A stretch of DNA of 64,000 nt from the NCBI GenBank assembly GCA_002104905.1, contig MCFE01000477.1, positions 1-64,000 of the forward strand. The letters run 5' to 3'. Below the pieces are notes generated by a model, which was not told where the DNA came from, did no database searches, and saw only the letters and a list, made by a program, of their open reading frames with translations. How positions within the stretch are numbered: the stretch's first letter is position 1; each line of letters begins with the position of its first letter. Position numbers and translations under genes: made by a program. This document shows positions 37,439 to 48,599 of this stretch, one piece after another. The stretch comes from Basidiobolus meristosporus CBS 931.73. Lineage: Eukaryota; Fungi; Basidiobolomycota.

Positions 37439-40400
37439 ATGGCTTCCCACATCCGTATGGCCACTCGCCTTTTGGCTTCTCGCTCTACTTTTGCTTTGAA
37501 GTCTCTCTCTACCCCTTTGGTCGTTAGAGCTCTTCCCAAGCCTGCCTTCGCTCCTCGTTTCGCTTCCCGATTGGTCCACACTGCCAAGGCTCCTTCCAAG
37601 GATGTCTTCACTCCTTTGGACTCCTTCCCTCGCCGCCACAACGGCTCCGGTGATCAGGCCATCGGTGAGATGCTCAAGACCGTTGGTGTCAAGTCCATTG
37701 ATGATCTCATTGCCAAGACTGTCCCCTCCTCCATCCGTACCGGCAAGGCTCTGGCCTTGGATAACGGTTTCCCCGAGAGAGAGTTGCTCAAGCGCTTGAA
37801 GGACATTGCATCCAAGAACAAGGTGTACCGCTCCTACATCGGTATGGGCTACACCGACACCGTCGTCCCCAACGTGATCCTCAGAAACATCATGGAGAAC
37901 CCTGGGTGGTACACCCAATACACCCCCTACCAAGCCGAGATTGCCCAAGGTCGTCTCGAGTCCTTGCTCAACTACCAAACCATGGTCACCGACTTGACCG
38001 GCATGGAGATCGCCAACGCCTCCTTGCTCGATGAGGGCACTGCCGCCGGTGAGGCCATGGTCATGTGCTACGCCGCCAGCAGAAACAAGAAGAAGACGTT
38101 CTTCGTCGACGAGAACTGCCACCCTCAGACCAATCGAGGTGATGAAGACCCGTGCCGAAGGTTTCGGCATCAACGTCGTCGTCGGAAACTACAAGACCTT
38201 CGACTTTGAGGCCGCCAAGAACGAAGTCTCCGGTGTGTTGATCCAGTACCCCGCCAACGACGGCATCGTCATTGACTACAAGGAGTTCACCGACAGAATC
38301 CACGGCCTCGGTGGTCAAGTCGTCTGCGCCACCGACCTCCTCGCACTCACCATGCTCAAGCCCCCTGGCGAGTTCGGAGCCGACATCGTCTTGGGTAACA
38401 GCCAACGCTTCGGTGTTCCCCTCGGTTATGGCGGCCCACACGCCGCCTTCTTCGCCTGTACCAAGGACAACGCCAGAAGAATGCCCGGAAGAATCGTCGG
38501 TGTCTCCAAGGATGCCGCCGGCAAGAAGGCCCTTCGCTTGGCCCTCCAAACCCGTGAGCAACACATTCGTCGTGAGAAGGCCACCTCCAACATCTGCACC
38601 GCTCAGGCTTTGTTGGCCAACATGGCCGCCATGTACGCCGTCTACCACGGACCTGAGGGCGTCAAGCAGATTGCCCAAAGAATCCACAACTTCACCAGCA
38701 TCCTCTCCGCTGGAGTCCGTCGCGCTGGCCACACCATCCAGAACGAGACCTTCTTCGACACCCTCACCATCAAGGTGAACGGTGGCTCCGAGGGTGTCAT
38801 CAAGAAGGCCCTCGACAACGGAATCAATCTCCGCCGCATCGATGAGGCCACCGTTGGTATCACCCTGGACGAGACCGTCACCCGCAAGGACTTGGAGGAC
38901 CTCTTGACGGTGTTCTCCGCTGATGGCTCCGTCCCTGACGTTGCCGTTCTCGCCGCCGAGGCCGGGGTCAGCGAGGGCAAGCCAGCCCAGAACTTCCCTA
39001 GCTCTCTTGCCCGTACGTCCAAGTACTTGGAGCACGACATCTTCAACAAGTATCACTCCGAGACCGACATGCTCCGCTACATCCACCACTTGCAGTCCAA
39101 GGACCTCTCGCTCACTCACTCCATGATCCCCCTCGGATCCTGCACCATGAAGCTGAACGCCACCACCGAGATGATCCCAGTCACCTGGCCCGAGTTCGGC
39201 AACATCCATCCATTCGCCCCCGCTGACCAGGTCGAGGGTTACAAGATCATGCTCGACGAGCTCGCCGAGGATCTTGCCGTGGTGACCGGTTTCGACGAGG
39301 TCTCGCTTCAGCCCAACAGCGGTGCCCAGGGTGAGTATGCTGGTCTCCGTACCATCAAGGCCTACCACGAGTCCCGCGGGGAGGGTCAGCGTGATGTTTG
39401 CTTGATCCCCATCTCCGCCCACGGCACCAACCCTGCCTCCGCCGCCATGGCCGGCATGAAGGTCGTCATCGTCAACTGCAAGCCCAACGGCAACTTGGAT
39501 CTCGATGACCTCAAGGCCAAGGCCGAGAAGCACAAGGAGAAGCTGGCCGCTGTGATGGTCACCTACCCGTCCACCTTCGGTGTGTTCGAGGACGGGATCA
39601 AGGATTTGTGTGAGATCATCCACACCAACGGCGGTCAGGTCTACATGGACGGTGCCAACATGAACGCCCAGATTGGCATCTGCTCTCCTGGTGACATCGG
39701 AGCCGATGTTTGCCACTTGAACTTGCACAAGACCTTCTGCATTCCTCACGGTGGCGGTGGACCAGGCATGGGCCCCATCGGTGTCAAGTCTCACTTGGCC
39801 CCCTTCCTCCCTGGCCATCCTTTGGTCAAGACGGGTGGTGACAAGGCCATCGGGCCCATCTCCGCCGCTCCCTTCGGCTCCTCCAGCATCCTTCCCATCT
39901 CCTGGGCGTATGTCAAGCTGATGGGAGCCAAGGGTATCACCGAGGCCACCCACCAAGCCATCCTCAACGCCAACTACATGAGAAGCCGCCTCGAGAACCA
40001 CTACAAGGTCCTCTACACCAACGAGAACGGCATGTGCGCTCACGAGTTCATCCTCGACATCCGTCCATTCGGGGAGACTGCTGGCATCGAGGCCATCGAT
40101 GTCGCCAAGAGACTCCAGGATTACGGATTCCACTCGCCCACCATGTCCTGGCCCGTCGCCAACACCCTCATGATCGAGCCCACCGAGTCCGAGTCCAAGG
40201 CCGAGTTGGACCGCTTCTGCGACGCCATGATCTCCATCCGTGAGGAAATCCGTGCTGTCGAGGAGGGCAAGCAGCCCAAGGTCGACAACGTCCTCAAGAA
40301 CTCCCCTCACCCTCTCGACCGTCTCATGGCCAACGAGTGGACCCATCCTTACTCTCGTGAGCAAGCGGCCTACCCCAAGGCCTGGTTGAAGGAGCGCAAG

Positions 40401-40487
40401 TTCTGGCCCACCGTTTCCAGAATCGACGACGCCTACGGTGACCGTAACCTCATCTGCTCCTGCCCACCAGTCAGCGATTACGAGTAA
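37439..40487 (+). CDS. GCV2: Mitochondrial glycine dehydrogenase (glycine cleavage P protein), copy 1, with a +1 frameshift at ~38130 (pseudogene or sequencing error)
   Basis: ORFs 37373-38209 and 38031-40487 join if one C in 'CAGACCAATC' is removed (copy 2 reads CAGACAATC); PLP-lysine motif 'HLNLHKTF'; ATG at 37439 preceded by a GTAAGT...CAG 5'-UTR intron (~37368-37430). Confidence 0.93.
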
Positions 40488-41038
40488 GCTGGCCGGTCGG
40501 TCTCACGTAATAGACACATGGTAATCGGATGACACGAAGACAAATACCATAACGACGACGACACATTCCTCGGAACATTAATCATTACATCACAATATGA
40601 CAATTTATTGTACAGAAACGAACATTCATCCCATCAAGGTCAATAAAACCCATTTATCCCGCATCCACGCTCATGACACCTAACAAATGGGTCGATTTTC
40701 TAAGATTTACAACAGAGTGATGCCATCAGTGAATCCACTTCGAGGCAATGGGACGTGGATCAATTGGCTCATGCCAGGTGAGAGCAATATATTTAGCGAA
40801 TCTCGGATCCATCAGGTTTTGCGATTTGGAACTGATCGTCCCCTTGCGGAAATCCAACCTCAGACCAATCCCTATCCTGGTCCTGATCCTGGCCATCCCA
40901 TTGGTTACTCTGACGTCAAGATGGTTCTGGAACAGAATACGGCTGATGCCAAGGAATTTGGAACTAAACCATAATCGTGGCTTTGGAGGACTATATAAGC
41001 GGTCGAAGGGATGCCGAGTGACACGAAATCTCCTCAAC

Positions 41039-41662
41039 ATGTAAGTGTACCCTTCTCCCTTCACCGATCAGCTACCTCCTTGGGACTAACTTGGACATTT
41101 TCAGGTCATACGATCCCAGTGTTTCTCTCAATGACGGCCATCAGTACGATCCGACCTCGACCTCCACGCCCACCTACAACTCCAATCCCCGGGTCGACCA
41201 CGATCGAACGAAGCTCGTGCAGAAGCAAGTGGACGAGGTAGTCAACATCATGCAGGACAACATCAACAGCGTCCTCGATCGGGGCGAGAAAATGGAGAAC
41301 CTGAACTCCAAAGCGAGTAAGTACCGTCATTCGGGATGATCCGTCCCGCGGCATATCACTTACCCATATCCTAGGTGACCTGGAAATGGGCTCGAGGCAG
41401 TTCAAGCGCGGGGCCCACGGTGTACGTAAGAAGATGTGGTGGAAGAACATGAAGATGCGGTTCGCCATTTTGGCAGTCATCCTTCTGATCTTGTTGTGCA
41501 TCATAGGTAAGTGGCGGATCGGCGGATTTGGATTCGTGGCCACCGGATGTATCTAACTCCTTGATAGTTCCAATTATAGTGAAGTCCAAGTCCAACCATA
41601 CTTCCGCACCCTCCCCATCGCCGACACTCACCCCTACTCCTTCTCCCTCACCGACTGCCTAA
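41039..41662 (+). CDS. SNC1: Synaptobrevin/VAMP R-SNARE (Snc1/2-like), 4 exons
   Basis: Spliced 'QKQVDEVVNIMQDNINSVLDRGEKMENLNSKASDLEMGSRQFKRGAHGVRKKMWWKNMK' plus a TM helix; introns at 41041-41104, ~41318-41375, ~41508-41565; TATATAA at 40992. Confidence 0.9.
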
Positions 41663-41975
41663 CCTATTCTCATGTATATTCACCATGTACCCTATTGACT
41701 CCTGTACTGTCTGTTTTTACACTAATAACAAGCCTATATTATGACATCAGCATGATGATCCCACGGATGATTAATGGCCACTTTCCCCCGAACAGTACCA
41801 ACTGCACTTGGAGAGATCCGATTGGTCGGGAGTCTAACAGTCCTCATTCAGAGAGCTATTTTATTAACTGCTTGGTAACAGTGCATGAGTGGTTGATGGT
41901 AAGCATGCGCGCATGAATAATGGTTGGAAAGGTGCAATGATGGGATTATGATTAGGATGCTGGATACATTCGGGA

Positions 41976-44900
41976 TTACTCGTAGTCACTGACTGGTGGG
42001 CAGGAGCAGATGAGGTTACGGTCACCGTAGGCGTCGTCGATTCTGGAAACGGTGGGCCAGAACTTGCGCTCCTTCAACCAGGCCTTGGGGTAGGCCGCTT
42101 GCTCACGAGAGTAAGGATGGGTCCACTCGTTGGCCATGAGACGGTCGAGAGGGTGAGGGGAGTTCTTGAGGACGTTGTCGACCTTGGGCTGCTTGCCCTC
42201 CTCGACAGCACGGATTTCCTCACGGATGGAGATCATGGCGTCACAGAAGCGGTCCAACTCGGCCTTGGACTCGGACTCGGTGGGCTCGATCATGAGGGTG
42301 TTAGCAACGGGCCAGGACATGGTGGGCGAGTGGAATCCGTAATCCTGGAGTCTTTTGGCGACATCGATGGCCTCGATGCCAGCGGTCTCTCCGAATGGAC
42401 GGATGTCGAGGATGAACTCGTGAGCGCACATGCCGTTCTCGTTGGTGTAGAGGACCTTGTAGTGGTTCTCGAGGCGGCTTCTCATGTAGTTGGCGTTGAG
42501 GATGGCTTGGTGGGTGGCCTCGGTGATACCCTTGGCTCCCATCAGCTTGACATACGCCCAGGAGATGGGAAGGATGCTGGAGGAGCCGAAGGGAGCGGCG
42601 GAGATGGGCCCGATGGCCTTGTCACCACCCGTCTTGACCAAAGGATGGCCAGGGAGGAAGGGGGCCAAGTGAGACTTGACACCGATGGGGCCCATGCCTG
42701 GTCCACCGCCACCGTGAGGAATGCAGAAGGTCTTGTGCAAGTTCAAGTGGCAAACATCGGCTCCGATGTCACCAGGAGAGCAGATGCCAATCTGGGCGTT
42801 CATGTTGGCACCGTCCATGTAGACCTGACCGCCGTTGGTGTGGATGATCTCACACAAATCCTTGATCCCGTCCTCGAACACACCGAAGGTGGACGGGTAG
42901 GTGACCATCACAGCGGCCAGCTTCTCCTTGTGCTTCTCGGCCTTGGCCTTGAGGTCATCAAGATCCAAGTTGCCGTTGGGCTTGCAGTTGACGATGACGA
43001 CCTTCATGCCGGCCATGGCGGCGGAGGCAGGGTTGGTGCCGTGGGCGGAGATGGGGATCAAGCAAACATCACGCTGACCCTCCCCGCGGGACTCGTGGTA
43101 GGCCTTGATGGTACGGAGACCAGCATACTCACCCTGGGCACCGCTGTTGGGCTGAAGCGAGACCTCGTCGAAACCGGTCACCACGGCAAGATCCTCGGCG
43201 AGCTCGTCGAGCATGATCTTGTAACCCTCGACCTGGTCAGCGGGGGCGAATGGATGGATGCTGCCGAACTCGGGCCAGGTGACTGGGATCATCTCGGTGG
43301 TGGCGTTCAGCTTCATGGTGCAGGATCCGAGGGGGATCATGGAGTGAGTGAGCGAGAGGTCCTTGGACTGCAAGTGGTGGATGTAGCGGAGCATGTCGGT
43401 CTCGGAGTGATACTTGTTGAAGATGTCGTGCTCCAAGTACTTGGACGTACGGGCAAGAGAGCTAGGGAAGTTCTGGGCTGGCTTGCCCTCGCTGACCCCG
43501 GCCTCGGCGGCGAGAACGGCAACGTCAGGGACGGGGCCATCAGCGGAGAACACCGTCAAGAGGTCCTCCAAATCCTTGCGGGTGACGGTCTCGTCCAGGG
43601 TGATACCGACGGTGGCCTCATCGATGCGGCGGAGATTGATTCCGTTGTCGAGGGCCTTCTTGATGACACCCTCGGAGCCACCGTTCACCTTGATGGTGAG
43701 GGTGTCGAAGAAGGTCTCGTTCTGGATGGTGTGGCCAGCGCGACGGACTCCAGCGGAGAGGATGCTGGTGAAGTTGTGGATTCTTTGGGCAATCTGCTTG
43801 ACGCCCTCAGGTCCGTGGTAGACGGCGTACATGGCGGCCATGTTGGCCAACAAAGCCTGAGCGGTACAGATGTTGGAGGTGGCCTTCTCACGACGAATGT
43901 GTTGCTCACGGGTTTGGAGGGCCAAGCGGAGGGCCTTCTTGCCGGCGGCATCCTTGGAGACACCGACGATTCTTCCGGGCATTCTTCTGGCGTTGTCCTT
44001 GGTACAGGCGAAGAAGGCGGCGTGTGGGCCGCCATAACCGAGGGGAACACCGAAGCGTTGGCTGTTACCCAAGACGATGTCGGCTCCGAACTCGCCAGGG
44101 GGCTTGAGCATGGTGAGTGCGAGGAGGTCGGTGGCGCAGACGACTTGACCACCGAGGCCGTGGATTCTGTCGGTGAACTCCTTGTAGTCAATGACGATGC
44201 CGTCGTTGGCGGGGTACTGGATCAACACACCGGAGACTTCGTTCTTGGCGGCCTCAAAGTCGAAGGTCTTGTAGTTTCCGACGACAACGTTGATGCCGAA
44301 ACCTTCGGCACGGGTCTTCATCACCTCGATTGTCTGAGGGTGGCAGTTCTCGTCGACGAAGAACGTCTTCTTCTTGTTTCTGCTGGCGGCGTAGCACATG
44401 ACCATGGCCTCACCGGCGGCAGTGCCCTCATCGAGCAAGGAGGCGTTGGCGATCTCCATGCCGGTCAAGTCGGTGACCATGGTTTGGTAGTTGAGCAAGG
44501 ACTCGAGACGACCTTGGGCAATCTCGGCTTGGTAGGGGGTGTATTGGGTGTACCACCCAGGGTTCTCCATGATGTTTCTGAGGATCACGTTGGGGACGAC
44601 GGTGTCGGTGTAGCCCATACCGATGTAGGAGCGGTACACCTTGTTCTTGGATGCAATGTCCTTCAAGCGCTTGAGCAACTCTCTCTCGGGGAAACCGTTA
44701 TCCAAGGCCAGAGCCTTGCCGGTACGGATGGAGGAGGGGACAGTCTTGGCAATGAGATCATCAATGGACTTGACACCAACGGTCTTGAGCATCTCACCGA
44801 TGGCCTGATCACCGGAGCCGTTGTGGCGGCGAGGGAAGGAGTCCAAAGGAGTGAAGACGTCCTTGGAAGGAGCCTTAGCGGAGTGGACGAATCTGTAGAC

Positions 44901-45023
44901 GAAACGAGGGGCGATAGTGGGTTTCGGCAGAGCTCTAACGACCAAAGGGGTAGAGAGAGACTTCAAAGCAAAAGTAGAGCGAGAAGCCAAAAGACGAGTA
45001 GCAGCGCGCATTTGGAAAACCAT
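41976..45023 (-). CDS. GCV2: Mitochondrial glycine dehydrogenase (glycine cleavage P protein), copy 2, intact 1015 aa
   Basis: Uninterrupted ORF with a basic presequence, '[14 protein letters not shown]', '[10 protein letters not shown]', '[18 protein letters not shown]'; strong C/G-ending codon bias. Confidence 0.98.
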   Translation of the reverse strand: MVFQMRAATRLLASRSTFALKSLSTPLVVRALPKPTIAPRFVYRFVHSAKAPSKDVFTPLDSFPRRHNGSGDQAIGEMLKTVGVKSIDDLIAKTVPSSIRTGKALALDNGFPERELLKRLKDIASKNKVYRSYIGMGYTDTVVPNVILRNIMENPGWYTQYTPYQAEIAQGRLESLLNYQTMVTDLTGMEIANASLLDEGTAAGEAMVMCYAASRNKKKTFFVDENCHPQTIEVMKTRAEGFGINVVVGNYKTFDFEAAKNEVSGVLIQYPANDGIVIDYKEFTDRIHGLGGQVVCATDLLALTMLKPPGEFGADIVLGNSQRFGVPLGYGGPHAAFFACTKDNARRMPGRIVGVSKDAAGKKALRLALQTREQHIRREKATSNICTAQALLANMAAMYAVYHGPEGVKQIAQRIHNFTSILSAGVRRAGHTIQNETFFDTLTIKVNGGSEGVIKKALDNGINLRRIDEATVGITLDETVTRKDLEDLLTVFSADGPVPDVAVLAAEAGVSEGKPAQNFPSSLARTSKYLEHDIFNKYHSETDMLRYIHHLQSKDLSLTHSMIPLGSCTMKLNATTEMIPVTWPEFGSIHPFAPADQVEGYKIMLDELAEDLAVVTGFDEVSLQPNSGAQGEYAGLRTIKAYHESRGEGQRDVCLIPISAHGTNPASAAMAGMKVVIVNCKPNGNLDLDDLKAKAEKHKEKLAAVMVTYPSTFGVFEDGIKDLCEIIHTNGGQVYMDGANMNAQIGICSPGDIGADVCHLNLHKTFCIPHGGGGPGMGPIGVKSHLAPFLPGHPLVKTGGDKAIGPISAAPFGSSSILPISWAYVKLMGAKGITEATHQAILNANYMRSRLENHYKVLYTNENGMCAHEFILDIRPFGETAGIEAIDVAKRLQDYGFHSPTMSWPVANTLMIEPTESESKAELDRFCDAMISIREEIRAVEEGKQPKVDNVLKNSPHPLDRLMANEWTHPYSREQAAYPKAWLKERKFWPTVSRIDDAYGDRNLICSCPPVSDYE

Positions 45024-45958
45024 TTTTGTAATTTGTTATGAAATGTGAAACCTCCCAAGCACGACCCTAACACCACCCGGTAGACTCGTATTTATACCCA
45101 AGTCGGAAATCAAGCAATGCAGCACGTTGGGTGACATCCAGTAGCACTTGGAGAATCCATGATCGTATCACCTGGGCCTTAAGTTTAGTGAGATTGTCCA
45201 CAAGACATGTAAACTTAGTAACGAATAGATTATCAATAGATATCGACTAGTAGATAATCGAAAAAAGTGGATTTGATTTCAAGGTCACATCGCCAGAATT
45301 TGGATCTACTTATCATCTTACGCCTCATTTAAGGAAATCTTTAGGAATGCACAACAGGATTAATGAACGGTGATATATAGATCTCCCCATTGTCTCGATG
45401 GTCCCACTTGAAAAGGCCGGCTGATTCGGAGGCATTTCGTCAAGTGACGATCTGCCATATCGGCTTCCGCACAGATCGGCAATCAGGAAATTGTTACACA
45501 CCCTTAGTGATAAGAATCCAGACGCGAAAAAAAAGCGGTCTAGGGCATAAACACCGAATCAAAAACGTCAGGCTGTAGATAGGATGCCTACCTCGTTACC
45601 AGTAACCCAGACGCAAACGGGTTGTTAAATCCACTACAGCTTTTCTCACATGACTTGCCTACTGGTGTGGTGTATCTTCAGATCGTGGGATGAGCTTGCT
45701 CGATTAAGATATGTGGCTCTATGTTGTTGTGCTTTTTGTGAGCAGATTTGGAAGAAACTATGACAACGAACGCTACAAAGTCGGATGGCGATGAATCACT
45801 TCCCTCCACTGACACTGACGTGTCGTTTGTATCAAGAGTGGAGCTATGCGGTGCTGGACGGCTGCTTGTCGAATCCTTTATATATTCCCAGTAGTCCATC
45901 ATTCAGCGACTGATCCTATATTTCCCGTAGTTCGCTGTTCAACAACTGATCATATAGA

Positions 45959-46252
45959 ATGCTTCTTGGTATCAAAATCTTCGCCCTCGTCGCCGCTCTG
46001 GCTACCGTATTCGCTGACCCTGGGGATCTTCCTTTGTGTGATGCAGTCACAGTCACTTCCACCATTTTCGTGACAGCCAATCAGCCCAAGCCCACCGAAG
46101 GGCCCTGTCAACATGGTGTCTACAGCTGTGTCAGCTCTGGCAAATCGGTGGACTACACAATTTGCGCGCACGGCACCCAGATCGTCAGTTCTTGTGCGCC
46201 AGGCACTGTCTGTAAGAATGCTGGCGATTCCGTTGTATGCGATTGGCCTTGA
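45959..46252 (+). CDS. Small secreted protein with a C-terminal CBM19-like chitin-binding module
   Basis: Signal peptide; 'CQHGVYSCVSSG...ICAHG...SCAPGTVC...VCDWP' Cys pattern like CBM19 and homologous to the C-termini of the next two genes. Confidence 0.8.
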   Translation: MLLGIKIFALVAALATVFADPGDLPLCDAVTVTSTIFVTANQPKPTEGPCQHGVYSCVSSGKSVDYTICAHGTQIVSSCAPGTVCKNAGDSVVCDWP

Positions 46253-46841
46253 AGACGTAGCTTCTTGTTTAACAAATGATTTAATTCCATAGTAGCAGCA
46301 CGGAGAATAAACAAAATTTAAAGTAATCTGCTCCGCTCGACCCGTTGTATCGGCTCGCATGGTTTATATACTTATTTGGATATATACCTCGGAAATTGGC
46401 CAGATTCGGCTCGCAAATGCTAGGTCAGATTAAATTCTCGAATCCAGATTTCAATTATACCATGAATGCCAAATCGATTGCGCAACGCTATTTCTTTGGC
46501 ATGATTTTCAGATGTCAATGGACGAATCAAGCCCAATCCAAGCATGCACATATCAGATAAATCGATTTCATGTAGCTGGATTGATCTCTGAAGCTTTCGC
46601 CATCCCACGTAAACGACAGTATCCATCTTCGTTCTTGGATAGGTAATTCGCGCGCTGTTCTATACCGAGTACTGCTCTAACCTACACAATGATGATTGGC
46701 CAGCGTGGCCTTGTCTAGAATTGCAATGCCGTGGTCCCGATCAGCTACTTCGCGAATGCCAAGAAACCCATTCTTTGCACAGCAATTCGTATATATACTT
46801 CGCCTAGCAACCGCAGAATAGCCATCAGAACATCAAGCAAA

Positions 46842-47849
46842 ATGCATTTCGCCACTAGAATTTTAGCTACCGCCGCTGCTGCCATGGCAGTTGTATCCGC
46901 TTCTGACTTCTTCCCCTTCGAGTATCCTAGTGATTGCATCACTTCGTGCTCGTTGCAGGCTGGCAAGAAATGCTGGTCTTCCTACACTCAAGATGAGTCT
47001 GATCCCAATTTCATCCAATCCTTCTCTTGCCTTTGCGACTCCAGTAATCCTGGCAATGGAAACTTCATGATGGACAGTCTAAAATGTCTTACCGCAAACA
47101 AGTGTGAAGAGAAGGATATCATGGCCTCTATGGCACTCCAAGGTCCTATCTGTGAATGGTACAACCAACACAAGAATGACCCTAAGCCTACCACCACCGA
47201 GAAGCCTGAACCCACTACTACCGAGAAGCCTGAACCTACCACTACCGAGAAGCCTGAACCTACCACTACCGAGAAGCCTGAACCTACCACTACCGAGAAG
47301 CCCGAGCCCACTACTACCGAGAAGCCTGAACCTACCACTACCGAGAAGCCCGAGCCCACTACTACTGAAAAGCCCGAGCCAACCACTACTGAGGAGCCTG
47401 AAACTTCTACTACCGAGAAGCCTGAACCCACCACTACCGAGAAGCCTGAATCTACTAATACCGATAAGCCTGAGTCCACTACCGCCGATAAGCCCGAATC
47501 TACTACTACCGAGAAGCCTGAGCCCACTACTACTGAAAAGCCCGAACCTACCACCACTGAGAAGCCTGTTGAAACCACCACTTCTGTTGAATCTGCTGAA
47601 ACCCCAAAACCCACTACCACTACTCTTCCCTCCTGTGAGCCAGTGACCGTCACCACCACTGTGTACGTCACTGATGATGCCCCCAAGCCCACAGACACTA
47701 CCTGCGAGCACGGTGCCTACCAATGTGTTGACTCTGGTAAATCTGGAGATTTCACCGTTTGTGTTCACGGTAGCAAGGTCGCCAACTCTTGTGCCCCCGG
47801 TACCGTCTGCAAAAACTATGCAGGCTCCATTGTCTGTGACTGGGCTTAA
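46842..47849 (+). CDS. Secreted cell-wall-type protein: 8-Cys CFEM-like N-domain, 16 x TTTEKPEP-type repeats, CBM19-like C-domain
   Basis: Likely ATG at 46842 (MHFATRIL), by homology with 48600; 24-bp repeat array 47187-47570; ends 'CAPGTVC..VCDWA'. Confidence 0.88.
   Translation: MHFATRILATAAAAMAVVSASDFFPFEYPSDCITSCSLQAGKKCWSSYTQDESDPNFIQSFSCLCDSSNPGNGNFMMDSLKCLTANKCEEKDIMASMALQGPICEWYNQHKNDPKPTTTEKPEPTTTEKPEPTTTEKPEPTTTEKPEPTTTEKPEPTTTEKPEPTTTEKPEPTTTEKPEPTTTEEPETSTTEKPEPTTTEKPESTNTDKPESTTADKPESTTTEKPEPTTTEKPEPTTTEKPVETTTSVESAETPKPTTTTLPSCEPVTVTTTVYVTDDAPKPTDTTCEHGAYQCVDSGKSGDFTVCVHGSKVANSCAPGTVCKNYAGSIVCDWA
47187..47570 (+). repeat. Coding minisatellite, 16 x 24 bp
   Basis: Consensus CCTACCACTACCGAGAAGCCTGAA. 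Confidence 0.95.
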
Positions 47850-48599
47850 GCCTCGCATATAAAACCATTCAAATAAACGTGATCCAACTGAGTTCTCCAA
47901 TGCCAAATCGCCTCTAAGCAAGGCAATCAATTCTCACGCGCTGAAATCCAACCTAATTGCCTCAATGGCGGGATATAGCTGGATGCCTTTGCACGATCTC
48001 GAAGTGGCATCGAGGTATGCTGATCCAGATGTAAAGATCCGATTTGTGAATGCCAAAGATAGCCGTCAAATAAAATTTCCCGCTATTGTTAGCATATTCA
48101 GATTTGGGCTTCGTCTAGGTACATGGCGCATCAAGAAAGTCAGTAAGGTATCCTATCGGGTGGCTGGGTCATTTTACTTACACCGGCTTATGCTAGCGAT
48201 TATCTGACTTGGGTACTTGACTTCACCACCAGGAGTACTGGATATGATTGCTTAACTAAAATTAAATCAGTCAGTTGCGGCATAATAGACCGTTTCGGTT
48301 CCGTGGCATGGTCTCGTACTAGACGCTCAAAACGGTTGGCTCCTTCCAGAGTCTGGTTTTCTGTGGGCGTCTGTCCGAACAAATAAGTCCAGCTTCCATT
48401 TAGGTCGTACGTTGCAGTTTTTCTCCGTTCCAGAATCGGTACTGAGAGTGTCCAGCATTTTGTATGGGGACCGAATTGAGGATATGCTTCCAGAGCGTCA
48501 CTGTAAGTTGCACTTGCGACGAACCATTCTTGGCAGTGGTGTGTTGTATATAAACCCCATGCTTCCATGGGCAAGGTCAGCATCTAACAGTTTAGAAAA

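Noticed and set aside
42099-45041. 980-aa ORF antisense to GCV2 copy 2 (also 38061-40364 and 37205-38173 opposite copy 1)
   Set aside because: Shadow ORFs: the biased codon usage of GCV2 avoids TTA/CTA/TCA, so the opposite strand lacks stops; no recognisable motifs.
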